Source: Longimicrobiales bacterium
GTDB lineage: Bacteria; Gemmatimonadota; Gemmatimonadetes; Longimicrobiales; Gaopeijiaceae
Reading direction: 5' to 3'
Assembly: GCA_965248195.1 (NCBI GenBank)
Contig: CBDFIQ010000002.1
Span: forward strand, 1,728,001 to 1,792,000
DNA length: 64,000 bases
Shown: positions 30,948 to 39,962 of the stretch, one piece after another
Numbering within the stretch: the stretch's first letter is position 1
Layout of the letters: every line of letters starts with the position of its first letter
Made by a program: the position numbers and the translations under genes
Notes under the pieces: generated by a model
Told to the model about the DNA's origin: nothing
What the model saw: the letters and a program-made list of their open reading frames with translations, nothing else
Database searches by the model: none

Positions 30948-31095
30948 TAGTGCCTCTCTAAGCCACGAAATCCTCCACCCGCCCCTCTGTATACCGAATA
31001 GAACCCGAAGACGCTTAGGAGGCCATTCTGGGCGTCTGACGGGCTTCTGCTTGCGCCTGCTGCCCCACTCTCGGATGTTGAACGCGGTCTGATCC
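30948..31095 (+). repeat. Island linker repeat R1, copy 1 (copy 2 at 38672-38818)
   Basis: Ungapped 105-bp core (30991-31095 vs 38714-38818) with 15 mismatches by manual count, plus shared ctctaagccacga upstream. Confidence 0.9.
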
Positions 31096-31107
31096 CGGAG
31101 TGTGCGC

Positions 31108-32865
31108 ATGTCATATCCACTCAAGCCGTGCCCACCAATTAGGCGGCTCCGTGCTCGGCATGTCCTGACGCTGCTCCTCCTAGGCTTGGCTGCCTGCGGT
31201 GAGGCCAAGACGCCTACCGAAACTCCCGACGTTCCTGTTGCCACAACCCTTGCACTCTCGGCTACGTCGCTGAGCTTCTCGTCCCTCGACGATACCCAGC
31301 AGCTATCTGCTACGGTCAGGGACCAGAACGGCGCGATCATGAATGGAGCGTCGGTCACATGGGTGTCGTCGGCGTCAAACGTCGCGAGCGTCTCTCCCAC
31401 GGGCTTCGTCACAGCCGTGGCCGACGGATCAGCAACGATCACGGCGACCACGGCTGGCGTGAGCGGGATGTCCTTCATCACGGTTCAACAGCGGGTCGCG
31501 ACGGTCGTGGTGACGCCGAGTACTGCGACGATCGTTCCGGGCGGAACCCTTCGATTCTCACCCGTAGCTCGTGATGCACGCGGCAATGCCGTTCCTGGCA
31601 AGAGCTTCGAGTGGTCGTCGTCCAACGAAGGCGTAGCGCTCGTGGATTCCGAAGGGCTGGTCACGGCCATCAATCTCGGCTCGGTGATGATCAGCGCCGC
31701 TGCGGATGCTGCGACCGGGAACGCCGACGTAGACGTTGCTGAGGTCTGGCTGCTCTCAGTTGACCAGTGCCAGATCGCGGGCTCCAGGCAAGAGGCGTTC
31801 GCAACGAACGACGTGTATCTGCGACCGGTAGGGGAGCTCCGGGCCATCCTCATATTCGTGGACTTCGACGACGCACCGGCGTCAGAGTCCATCGATGAAC
31901 TCTACGACCAGCTTGTCCCCGATGCCGTTGCCTGGTACGAGGAAGTTTCCGGGGGAGTCGCGACCTTCAGAGCGCAGGCTACCGAGCGGTGGTACCGGAT
32001 GCCCAAGCGGTCGCCGGACTACGGAGCGGCGGACGGATGGACAGGAGAGGAGAACCACGCTTACATCACTGATGCTGTCCTGGCTGCGGACCCGGACGTG
32101 GACTACGCTTCTATTGATCTCGTGTACGTCGTCTCGTCAGCAAATGCCGCCATCTTCACGGTCGGGCTCATCCTGTTTCCCGGATGGGAGATCCCCGTAG
32201 ACGGTACTGTGGTTCGGCACGGGGCTACGCTCGGCACCGATTTTCGAGATGCCCCCCCGAACACGTCAAGAGGCGGCTGGATAATCCACGAGACCGGGCA
32301 CACGTTTGGCTTGCCTGATCTCTGGGACGCTTCGGCGCCTACCTGGGACGAGGGCCAGGCTCCTATAGGGATTTGGGATATCATGGGATGGGGGTTTTTA
32401 ACCCCCCATTTCCTCACTTGGCACAAGTGGAAGATCGGGTGGTTGAGCGATGCGGCCGTCGACTGCCTGGACGGTGGGCAACTGGAGAAGACACTCGCGG
32501 CCACGACGGCATCCGACGGCACGAAGGCCATCATAATTCCAACCAGCCCGTCTACAGCGTATGTGATCGAGGCCCGCAAGCGTGTAGGATTCGACAGCCG
32601 CCTGTGCGAGGGCGGAGTCCTCGTCTATACGGTAGACGGAAATGTTCGGAGCGGTGAAGCCCTCCTCCGGCTCCGCGCCGCGCAGGAGGACACCGATCCT
32701 TCTAAGGCTCATGGGTACAACTGCGGACCGCGATACAACGCGGCCTTCAACACCGCTGAGGGCGAGGTGTCGACCTTTGAGGACCCACAGGTGGGACTAA
32801 GAGTGCAGGTCATGGAAGCCGTTGCCGACGGTTTTCGGGTCAGGGTCAGCCTTTCGCCGCGCTGA
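31108..32865 (+). CDS. Lipoprotein with two Ig-like (Big_2) domains and M6-family metalloprotease
   Basis: Lipobox LGLAAC, WxSS..VAxV..GxVTA repeats, IFVDFDD and HETGHTFGLPDLW. Confidence 0.85.
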   Translation: MSYPLKPCPPIRRLRARHVLTLLLLGLAACGEAKTPTETPDVPVATTLALSATSLSFSSLDDTQQLSATVRDQNGAIMNGASVTWVSSASNVASVSPTGFVTAVADGSATITATTAGVSGMSFITVQQRVATVVVTPSTATIVPGGTLRFSPVARDARGNAVPGKSFEWSSSNEGVALVDSEGLVTAINLGSVMISAAADAATGNADVDVAEVWLLSVDQCQIAGSRQEAFATNDVYLRPVGELRAILIFVDFDDAPASESIDELYDQLVPDAVAWYEEVSGGVATFRAQATERWYRMPKRSPDYGAADGWTGEENHAYITDAVLAADPDVDYASIDLVYVVSSANAAIFTVGLILFPGWEIPVDGTVVRHGATLGTDFRDAPPNTSRGGWIIHETGHTFGLPDLWDASAPTWDEGQAPIGIWDIMGWGFLTPHFLTWHKWKIGWLSDAAVDCLDGGQLEKTLAATTASDGTKAIIIPTSPSTAYVIEARKRVGFDSRLCEGGVLVYTVDGNVRSGEALLRLRAAQEDTDPSKAHGYNCGPRYNAAFNTAEGEVSTFEDPQVGLRVQVMEAVADGFRVRVSLSPR

Positions 32866-32971
32866 GCTAAGATGTGGCCCGTCCCCACGAACGTGAGTTG
32901 CGCGGACGTGGCTCTGCTGTAAGCCAAGGGAGTGGATGTGAGGTCCGACTGTCCGTGAAGCCCCGCCAGAT

Positions 32972-32997
32972 CCCCTGGCTTCGCGTCTTCGTGGAAG
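32972..32997 (+). repeat. Island linker repeat R2, copy 1 (copy 2 at 42288-42313)
   Basis: Identical 26-mer cccctggcttcgcgtcttcgtggaag. Confidence 0.9.
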
Positions 32998-33137
32998 GCG
33001 TGGTGATCGTCGGCTAGATCCTTCGAGGGCCGGATGGCGCAAAAGGTGTGTGCCGTCTAAGATAAAGTTTGACCGATGGGGCCTTCTGGTCCCGCCGCCG
33101 CAGTAAGAAGGGCACACGCACCAAGGGAGCTTACAGG

Positions 33138-33755
33138 ATGAGACCCCTCCGGTTGGCCTACGCAAGTGTCGCAATCCTTGCGTTCGTCCCGACCAGTCTA
33201 GCTGGGCAGATCCCAGGCAATATCGATTGGCCTGCCCTTCCAGGCGGGGCAGGCGTAGCCATCGCAGCTGATGTCACAAAGGGCATCAGCCAGGATACTA
33301 ACAAGGCCGTGTACGCGGGTGCCCGAGTTGTGATGGGGCTGCCGAAGTCAGCGGTTTGGTTCGGAGGCGGTTACGCGGGTATGGCAGCGGCCGGGGACAA
33401 TCTCGTCACAGGTGGAGTCGGATTCGCCTATGCGCTCTCTAACTTCGGGCAAAACACGCTTTCAGTCGATGCCGGTTTCGGCCTTACGAAGCGGAGCGGG
33501 ACATGGATCTGGGGCGCTCCCGCGGGGCTCACGTTGTGGATCAATACTACGCCGCAGTCTTTGGCAAGGCCCTTTATACGGGCTCACGCGATACTCGCAG
33601 ACGCTGGATCTGAAACGGATGTTGGTTTCTCAGCGTTGGGCGGGGCCGAGTTTGGCTCGGCTAGCGGGCTCGGGGTCCAGCTCGCCCTTCAATGGGAAAA
33701 TTTGGACGGCGACAACACCATCGTTGTGGGCGGTGGCCTGAGCTACGGATTTTAG
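33138..33755 (+). CDS. Outer-membrane beta-barrel protein
   Basis: Signal peptide, alternating amphipathic strands, C-terminal GGGLSYGF. Confidence 0.7.
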   Translation: MRPLRLAYASVAILAFVPTSLAGQIPGNIDWPALPGGAGVAIAADVTKGISQDTNKAVYAGARVVMGLPKSAVWFGGGYAGMAAAGDNLVTGGVGFAYALSNFGQNTLSVDAGFGLTKRSGTWIWGAPAGLTLWINTTPQSLARPFIRAHAILADAGSETDVGFSALGGAEFGSASGLGVQLALQWENLDGDNTIVVGGGLSYGF

Positions 33756-33793
33756 GTGATCGCCGAGCCGCCCCTCAGTCCATAGACAGCCGG

Positions 33794-33829
33794 CCACCCC
33801 CATCGTTCGGAGGTGGCCGTTTTTCTCGT
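33794..33829 (+). terminator. Terminator-like hairpin = linker repeat R3, copy 1 (copy 2 at 39911-39945)
   Basis: Identical 27-mer ccacccccatcgttcggaggtggccgt followed by a T-rich tail ending ctcgt, downstream of two unrelated genes. Confidence 0.75.
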
Positions 33830-33917
33830 GGAGGAGGAGCGAAGGAGTCTCGCAAATGTACCGAGCCCCGCTTAGGATATATGCAACGTTTCAAAGACTC
33901 CTTCTAAGGAGTTCCGC

Positions 33918-34090
33918 ATGATGGTGAGCCGCGACGGCGCGTTTGGCATATTGATAGGGGCAGTAGTTGGAGCGCTATTCCTCGTTCCAGCCCACGGCTC
34001 GGCGCAGGACTCTCTCTCGGTGTCATGCTCGGCTGTCGATCCCGCAGACCCGTTCGCGGATCCTAATTTCACGTTCGACTTTCTGAGGTC
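33918..34090 (+). pseudogene. Truncated secreted protein (5' fragment)
   Basis: SD AAGGAG and signal peptide (...VPAHGSAQD). The ORF then runs into the antisense IS110 fragment. Confidence 0.5.
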
Positions 34091-34340
34091 TTGCGCTGAG
34101 CAAGTACCGCTCGAGCAGATCATCGAGTCGATCCTCTTGCGTGTTTTTGATCCGGATGGGTCCGGCAACGAGTTGCCCTGTGTTGCTCACGATGGCGATC
34201 ACCGAATACGTTGCGTGAGCATCGATTCCTGCGACAAACATGGCTGGCCTCCTTGGGTTGGGTGCCGCAGGCCTTTGAGCAAAGATCAGCGTAACACCCC
34301 GCTCGAGTGAGGTCAGCCTTCGCCTTATAAGATCAGAATC
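34090..34340 (-). mobile_element. IS110-family remnant (left end plus ~50 N-terminal codons)
   Basis: AAGGAGG then ATG 34241, MFVAGIDAHATYSVIAIV..G..RIKN (RuvC-like GID). Inverted repeat ggctggcctc (34242)/gaggtcagcc (34309) covers the SD. Confidence 0.7.
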
Positions 34341-34404
34341 GGGGACCCTCATGCCCGGACGTGAGTATTCAGATAGTCCTCAACTCGGATCTAGGGAGGC
34401 GACC

Positions 34405-35442
34405 ATGAGGCTCTCTCGCACGGACTTAGTCCCGATGCTGGCCATCATAGGCGGTGGGGCCTTCGGCGTGCTTACCTTCGGCTCCTTCTTACTCCTGTGG
34501 TCCCCCTTCAACGATGTCACTGCTCCCGATCCGGTCGTCGCGCCCCTTGCGACCGCCAACTCGGCCATCGGCCGGTTGGAACAGGCACAGCGACGTTTGG
34601 TCTCCACCGATGTCGAGATGGCCTGGGCGAGAGCGGCCGACCTGGCCCGCGAACAGCGTGAGATGGAGGCGGACATGGAGCGCCTCGGCGAGGCGAAGGA
34701 TGGGCCGGGCTCTGAGGCCGTAAGACGCGTATTCGACCGCAAGCAAGCGATGCTAGATGAAATCGCCGATCTGGAGCGGGAGATCGATCGGCTAGCGACT
34801 GACTACCGGGCCGACCAGCCGGACGTAGCGGATCGGTTGCGTGAGGCTACCACCACGATACGGGACGACAAGCTCAAGGAACGTATCCGTTATTCCCGAG
34901 GGCTCATTGGCGTCCAGGATCGTGAGTACACGAGAGAGTTTGAGGCCGAAACCACCCGAATCCTCGAAGAGCTCCAGCAGGAGCTCCAGAGGGCGAGTGA
35001 TGCTGCGGAGCTCGCGGCTCCAGCTCAGACGGCGCCGCAAGAAATTCGGCCAGAGGACGCGGCTGCAATCCTGGCGGGTCCGGTGTTCACGCCGATGATG
35101 GTCCGGCCGGAGGTCACGAACCGGGATGAGGTCCAGGCAGCCCTGATGAGGGAGTATCCTGCCGCACTTCGGGATTCCGGGATCGGTGGGAGGGCGGTGG
35201 TTTGGTTTTATGTCTCCGAAACCGGCCGGAATCTTGACAACAGAATTTCTAGAAGCTCGGGTCAGGAGCAGTTCGACCAGGCGGCCCTCCGGGTCGCGGC
35301 CGTTTTCCAGTTCACCCCGGCTATGAACCCCCGCCAGGTCCGAAACTCAGTGCCCCTATCGCAACCCGTGATCCGTGTCCGAGAAGTGCCGGTCGCGGTC
35401 TGGATCCAAATCCCAATAACGTTTGCCGTACCGGAAGCGTGA
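34405..35442 (+). CDS. Energy transducer TonB-family protein with long coiled coil
   Basis: N-terminal transmembrane helix, coiled coil, TonB_C (YPAALRDSGIGGRAVVWFYV...SSG..FDQAALR..FTPA). Confidence 0.8.
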   Translation: MRLSRTDLVPMLAIIGGGAFGVLTFGSFLLLWSPFNDVTAPDPVVAPLATANSAIGRLEQAQRRLVSTDVEMAWARAADLAREQREMEADMERLGEAKDGPGSEAVRRVFDRKQAMLDEIADLEREIDRLATDYRADQPDVADRLREATTTIRDDKLKERIRYSRGLIGVQDREYTREFEAETTRILEELQQELQRASDAAELAAPAQTAPQEIRPEDAAAILAGPVFTPMMVRPEVTNRDEVQAALMREYPAALRDSGIGGRAVVWFYVSETGRNLDNRISRSSGQEQFDQAALRVAAVFQFTPAMNPRQVRNSVPLSQPVIRVREVPVAVWIQIPITFAVPEA

Positions 35443-35615
35443 TCCGGTGACCGAGAGGGTCTCATTGGCTTCATGATGATCTCGACCGCGCCAAGAGCCG
35501 AGGCCTTCACGAGGAGCTCGTCTTTCGCAATCCCACCCCGGCAACTGTTCGAGATCCGACGAATCGCAGGCTACGGTGCGACGCCCCAGCTAACGTACGG
35601 TCTTCACGACCCTAG

Positions 35616-35984
35616 ATGGAACGGACTGTCGCACCTTATTCTGTCTCCGAACTTGTCGATTCGTCGACATACAAGATGGCCCTCAACCGCACAATGCTAA
35701 CGATGGCCGAATCGTTATTCCGCTATATCGTACCACCGTCCTCCCTTCTGCTCCTCATGATCGGAGGGATGATGCTTTGGGACATCCTATCCGCGTATGG
35801 CATGAGCAGGGGGCCGGACGGGTTCAGTCGCCGCAATTGGTTCTTCGGATGGCTACTGAACCGAGGGCGCTTAGGTCAGGACCCCCCAGCAACCTCGAAG
35901 CCGCTCATGTGGTGGCGTTTGCTCCACGCCTGGGGCCTTGGGGGAGGGATGTTTGTGGGGTGGCTGTTCGTGGTGTATGGCTAG
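35616..35984 (+). CDS. Hypothetical small membrane protein (start uncertain)
   Basis: Two hydrophobic segments, no family recognised. Confidence 0.4.
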   Translation: MERTVAPYSVSELVDSSTYKMALNRTMLTMAESLFRYIVPPSSLLLLMIGGMMLWDILSAYGMSRGPDGFSRRNWFFGWLLNRGRLGQDPPATSKPLMWWRLLHAWGLGGGMFVGWLFVVYG

Positions 35985-36118
35985 GCCAACGCACGCTACG
36001 CTTGCGGTCACCACATTAGCCGCGCAGCAGAAACGCTCCCCTTCTGGACAACCTCTGGGTAGCCACGCCCACGCTGCCGTTCACTTTTTCCACGGAAAGT
36101 GGAAGTTCAGGTATGTGA

Positions 36119-37494
36119 GGTAGTGTCCCTAGATTTGTGTAAAAGCGGATAAGCTGGACAGGAGGGAAAGAAAAACGGAAGCTCCTCTGTTGTTGTTCAC
36201 TGTCACATGAACCCGGGAGTCCGGGTCTGCAGAGCAGGCTCGGAACCGGAGAGGAGCTTCCGATGCAAGAGATTGTGGAGATCGGTCGGGCCACGCAAGA
36301 CGAGCTACGCGATGATTTGCGCGAGCTGTTTCAAGGCGCGATCCGGCTGACGCTCGAGATGGTGCTGGAAGAGGAGCTGAAGGCCATGGTAGGTGCACGC
36401 CGCTTCGAGCGGGTGGGAAGCCGGAAGGACCATAGGAACGGCACATACCTGAGGCGGCTGCTGACGAGCCTGGGGCAGATCGAGGTCGCCATGCCCCGGA
36501 GCCGGGACAACGGTTCGCCGGCCGACGTGATCGGCCGCTACCAGCGCAGGAGCCCCGAGCTCGACGAGATGATGGTCGAGGCGTATGTGAGCGGCGTGTC
36601 ACAGCGCAAGATGGGCGACGTCACCGAGGCGCTGATGGGCGAGCGTGTTGGGCGCTCGACGGTGAGTCGTGTGGCAAAACGGCTCGACGAGGCCGTGGAA
36701 GGGCTGCGCCGTGCGCCGATCGAGGGGCCTCACCCCTATCTGTACCTGGACGCCACGTTCTTGGACGCCCGCTGGGCCCGCAAAGTCGAGAACGTGAGTG
36801 CGCTCGTGGCGTATGCAGTGGGCCCTGAGGGTCACCGACGGCTCCTGGCCGTCACGCTGGGCGCTGAGGAGTCGCAGCAGAGCTGGTCGGAGCTCCTCGA
36901 GCAACTCCAGGACCGCGGCCTCGGCGGTGTCGAGCTCGTGATCGCCGATGAGCACGCAGGCCTGGCAGCTGCGGTCCGCCGCTTCCTGCCCGAGGCACGC
37001 CGTCAGAGGTGTACGGTCCATCTGCAGCGTAATGTGGGGGCGAGGGTCCCCCACCGCCTACGCAAGCGCGTGGCGCGTGAGGTCTCGGTGATCTTCCAGA
37101 CATCCGGACTCGCCGAGGCGAAGAAGCTCCTGGGCGAGTTCGGCGCACGCTGGAAGAAGGAGCTGCCCGAGGCCGTGGAGGTCCTGGAGCGGGGCTTCGG
37201 GGCAGCGACGCAGTTCTACGCGTTCCCCGAGGCGCACTGGCCCCGGCTGCGTACCACCAACAGCCTCGAGCGGCTGCACGGCGAGATCAAACGCAGGATC
37301 AAGGCCGCCGGCGCCTTCCCGGACCGGGCCAGCGCCCTCAGGCTCATCACGGCCGTCGCACTCAGGACCACACACGTCTGGGGCGACCGGCGTTACCTCG
37401 ACCTCTCACTCCTCCAGAAACAGGAGGTCGCCCAAGCAGCCTAGCCGAAGGCGAGGAGCTTCCTCCGCTTTTACACACAAATCGGGACTTGACC
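36119..37494 (+). mobile_element. IS256-family element, copy 1 (1376 bp)
   Basis: Imperfect terminal IRs (ggtagtgtccc..tttgtgtaaaagcgga / tccgcttttacacacaaatcgggacttgacc). 9-bp TSD ggtatgtga. Confidence 0.95.
36263..37444 (+). CDS. IS256-family transposase
   Basis: YLYLDA, IADEHAGL, QRCTVH and RTTNSLERLHGEIKRR motifs. Confidence 0.95.
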   Translation: MQEIVEIGRATQDELRDDLRELFQGAIRLTLEMVLEEELKAMVGARRFERVGSRKDHRNGTYLRRLLTSLGQIEVAMPRSRDNGSPADVIGRYQRRSPELDEMMVEAYVSGVSQRKMGDVTEALMGERVGRSTVSRVAKRLDEAVEGLRRAPIEGPHPYLYLDATFLDARWARKVENVSALVAYAVGPEGHRRLLAVTLGAEESQQSWSELLEQLQDRGLGGVELVIADEHAGLAAAVRRFLPEARRQRCTVHLQRNVGARVPHRLRKRVAREVSVIFQTSGLAEAKKLLGEFGARWKKELPEAVEVLERGFGAATQFYAFPEAHWPRLRTTNSLERLHGEIKRRIKAAGAFPDRASALRLITAVALRTTHVWGDRRYLDLSLLQKQEVAQAA

Positions 37495-38176
37495 GGTATG
37501 TGATCGACTGCGAGTCCCCAAAATCCTTCCACCCGTGGACCATGCCCGGTGGGATGAACACCAGGTCCCCCGCTCTGACAATCCGTTCCACTCCACCGCG
37601 GATCGAGCTGCCCTGCTGATCACCCGGTCGTGACGCTGGTTGGGGATCCACAAGTGACCCACCCGTCACCAGCGTCGCCGACCCCTCCTGAATGAGGTAG
37701 AGGTCGCTCAGGAACCCATGGATTGTGGCCGTTGGGGCGGTTCGGTGCAGCATCGTGACGCTGAAGACGTCTCCGCCCTCTAGAATCCTCCCGCTGGAGA
37801 GCTGCCCGAGTCGCAATGCATTGAGCGCGGATTCCAGATCCGAGGCCTCCAAGACCACGGCTTCATCGTCCGTCGCTTCTTCTGGAAAGGTTGCCTGACT
37901 GAACCCAATGCCAGGGTACAGAGTCATCAAGACACCCGCGCACAAACTGGTCTTGAGAGCGCGCATCCTTCTCCTCCTTAGTCGGACGATCTGCCGGACG
38001 GCTTCATCAGGGGATTGTCGGACGCGCGGAAAATCGCCCCCAACCGGATCCGAGAGATGAAGATGCGCCGCGCTGATATGCGGAGCAAGGAAAAACCCGG
38101 TGTTAAGTAGTAGATAATCGGCTAACGAACGTCCGGTTTCCGTGGAACAACTGAACGACAGGGAGGTGACGGACCG

Positions 38177-38653
38177 ATGCGAACCATTCTGCTTGCGATC
38201 GTTCTGCTAGGGATTGGGGGGCCTGCGGGTTTGATCGCTGTGGTTGATGCGCAGGATCCCCAGCAGCTTCCCGCGACGTACACTTCCATCGCCGAGATCG
38301 AGGCCGCGTTGGATGAACAGGGAGAATCCGGCGGCGGCGGTGCTGGCGTACACATCTCAGAGCCTGACGATTTCGCACCGGAGGTTCTCGTGCGACGCAG
38401 GTTCGCGTCACAGCCGAACAATGCCAGCGTCCACGCAGACCGCGACGAAATCTATCAAGTCATTGACGGCAGCGGCACGTTCGTGTCGGGTGGCACCTTT
38501 GTGGATCTCGAGGATCGGCCCGCTGGCATCCGAGGGGGTGAGGCGCGCCAGATCGGGGTCGGTGATTTCGTGGTGATCCCGGCTGGAACCCTACACTGGT
38601 TCAGTCAGATCAACGGGTCCATAACGTACGTGAACATTCGGCTCGCACCGTAG
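38177..38653 (+). CDS. Secreted cupin-domain protein
   Basis: Signal peptide, VHADRDEIYQVIDGSGTF and GDFVVIPAGTLHWF. Divergent paralog of the neighbouring cupin. Confidence 0.8.
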   Translation: MRTILLAIVLLGIGGPAGLIAVVDAQDPQQLPATYTSIAEIEAALDEQGESGGGGAGVHISEPDDFAPEVLVRRRFASQPNNASVHADRDEIYQVIDGSGTFVSGGTFVDLEDRPAGIRGGEARQIGVGDFVVIPAGTLHWFSQINGSITYVNIRLAP

Positions 38654-38671
38654 GACTGAAGGACGAGCCGA

Positions 38672-38818
38672 TAGCGCCCCTCTAAGCCACGAGGACGTTC
38701 CCGCCTACCGTGGATACCGAATAAACCCCGAAGACGCTCAGAACGTAATTCTGGGCGCCCGACAGGCCTCTGCTTGCGCCTACCGGCCCACTCTCGGATG
38801 TTGAGCGCGGTCTGATCC
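38672..38818 (+). repeat. Island linker repeat R1, copy 2
   Basis: See copy 1 at 30948-31095. Confidence 0.9.
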
Positions 38819-39063
38819 TCTGATACCGGACCGTGGTGGTGGAGTAGGGCAAGCGGCAACCCCCTACGTACTCGAGACCCGACGACCCAGGTCTTGACGA
38901 GAACTAGATTGAGCGGAGTCGTTCAATCGACTGATCCCACCACCGGCAAAAAATTGTCCTACCTAAGGTCTTACCGTCAGTAGCATCTTCGTCACGCCGT
39001 TTAGTAACGGCATACTCACCAAGCCGCTCCCCCCCAGGGTCCTGGACTAGGGGGTCGAGTATC

Positions 39064-39900
39064 ATGGCACGCGTACTTATCGTCGAAGACGAACCGACCG
39101 ATCGGGTCCTCTTGGCACAACTCCTCGACCGAACGGGTCACGAGGTCTATTTCGCCTCGGACGGCGAGGAAGCCTTCAAGACATACTTGAAAAACAACAT
39201 CGAGATCATCATCACGGATCTTAACATGCCGCACGTTGATGGGCTGGAGTTCATCGAGTCGGTACGAGCGTTATTTCCAGAGGCGGTGATTATCGCCGTG
39301 TCCGGCAAAGGGCCGGATCAGCTCGATGCAGCACAGAGCGCGGGTGCGCGGCTGGCACTCAGCAAGCCCATTCACCCCCAAAAGCTGCTCAAGGCCATCG
39401 CAGAAGCAGCCCACGACAGCTTAGGACGTTGGAAGGACGATGTAGGAACCCTGGTCCCGAACAACGAGCCGTTGATCCTCATTGTCGAGGACAATCCCGA
39501 CCAAGCTGCGCTGATCCAGGCGGCGTTCAAAACGAACCTGGCCCAAAGCAGGACTCATTTGGTGTTCCATGGCTGGGAGGCTCAAGCGTACCTTAATAGA
39601 GAGTCGCCGTATGACTGGAACCGGGATCCGGCTCCGTCGCTCGTCGTCCTCGACCTCGGGCTGCCGGACATCGACGGGTTTGAGATCCTCGAGTGGATGG
39701 CCGAGTCGAAATGGCTAGCGAAGATCCCTGTCATCGTGTTCACGGCTTCTGAAGATCCTGAGCACGAACACAGAGCCTACGGTTTGGGTGTACGTCGCTA
39801 CATGCGCAAGCTCGATGATTACGGCGCGTTGGTGGACGCGGTCAAGCAGGAGCTGCGCCCGCGGAAAACTGAGAGGGAGCGACGGAAGATTAACGAGTAA
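39064..39900 (+). CDS. Tandem receiver-domain response regulator (no output domain)
   Basis: Two REC domains: LIVED..TDLNMP..SKP and LIVED..LDLGLP..FTAS..MRK. Confidence 0.85.
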   Translation: MARVLIVEDEPTDRVLLAQLLDRTGHEVYFASDGEEAFKTYLKNNIEIIITDLNMPHVDGLEFIESVRALFPEAVIIAVSGKGPDQLDAAQSAGARLALSKPIHPQKLLKAIAEAAHDSLGRWKDDVGTLVPNNEPLILIVEDNPDQAALIQAAFKTNLAQSRTHLVFHGWEAQAYLNRESPYDWNRDPAPSLVVLDLGLPDIDGFEILEWMAESKWLAKIPVIVFTASEDPEHEHRAYGLGVRRYMRKLDDYGALVDAVKQELRPRKTERERRKINE

Positions 39901-39962
39901 TGCTGGACGCCCACCCCCATCGTTCGGAGGTGGCCGTCTTCTCGTTCAGGGGGTACGGAGCG

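Larger units (their letters stand above)
36081..37966 (-). pseudogene. Secreted cupin-domain protein interrupted by IS256
   Basis: Cupin motifs (H..SDLYLIQEGSATL, GDLVFIPPGMVHGW). Removing the IS and one TSD restores ...SITYLNFHFPWKK* ending at 36081. Confidence 0.8.
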
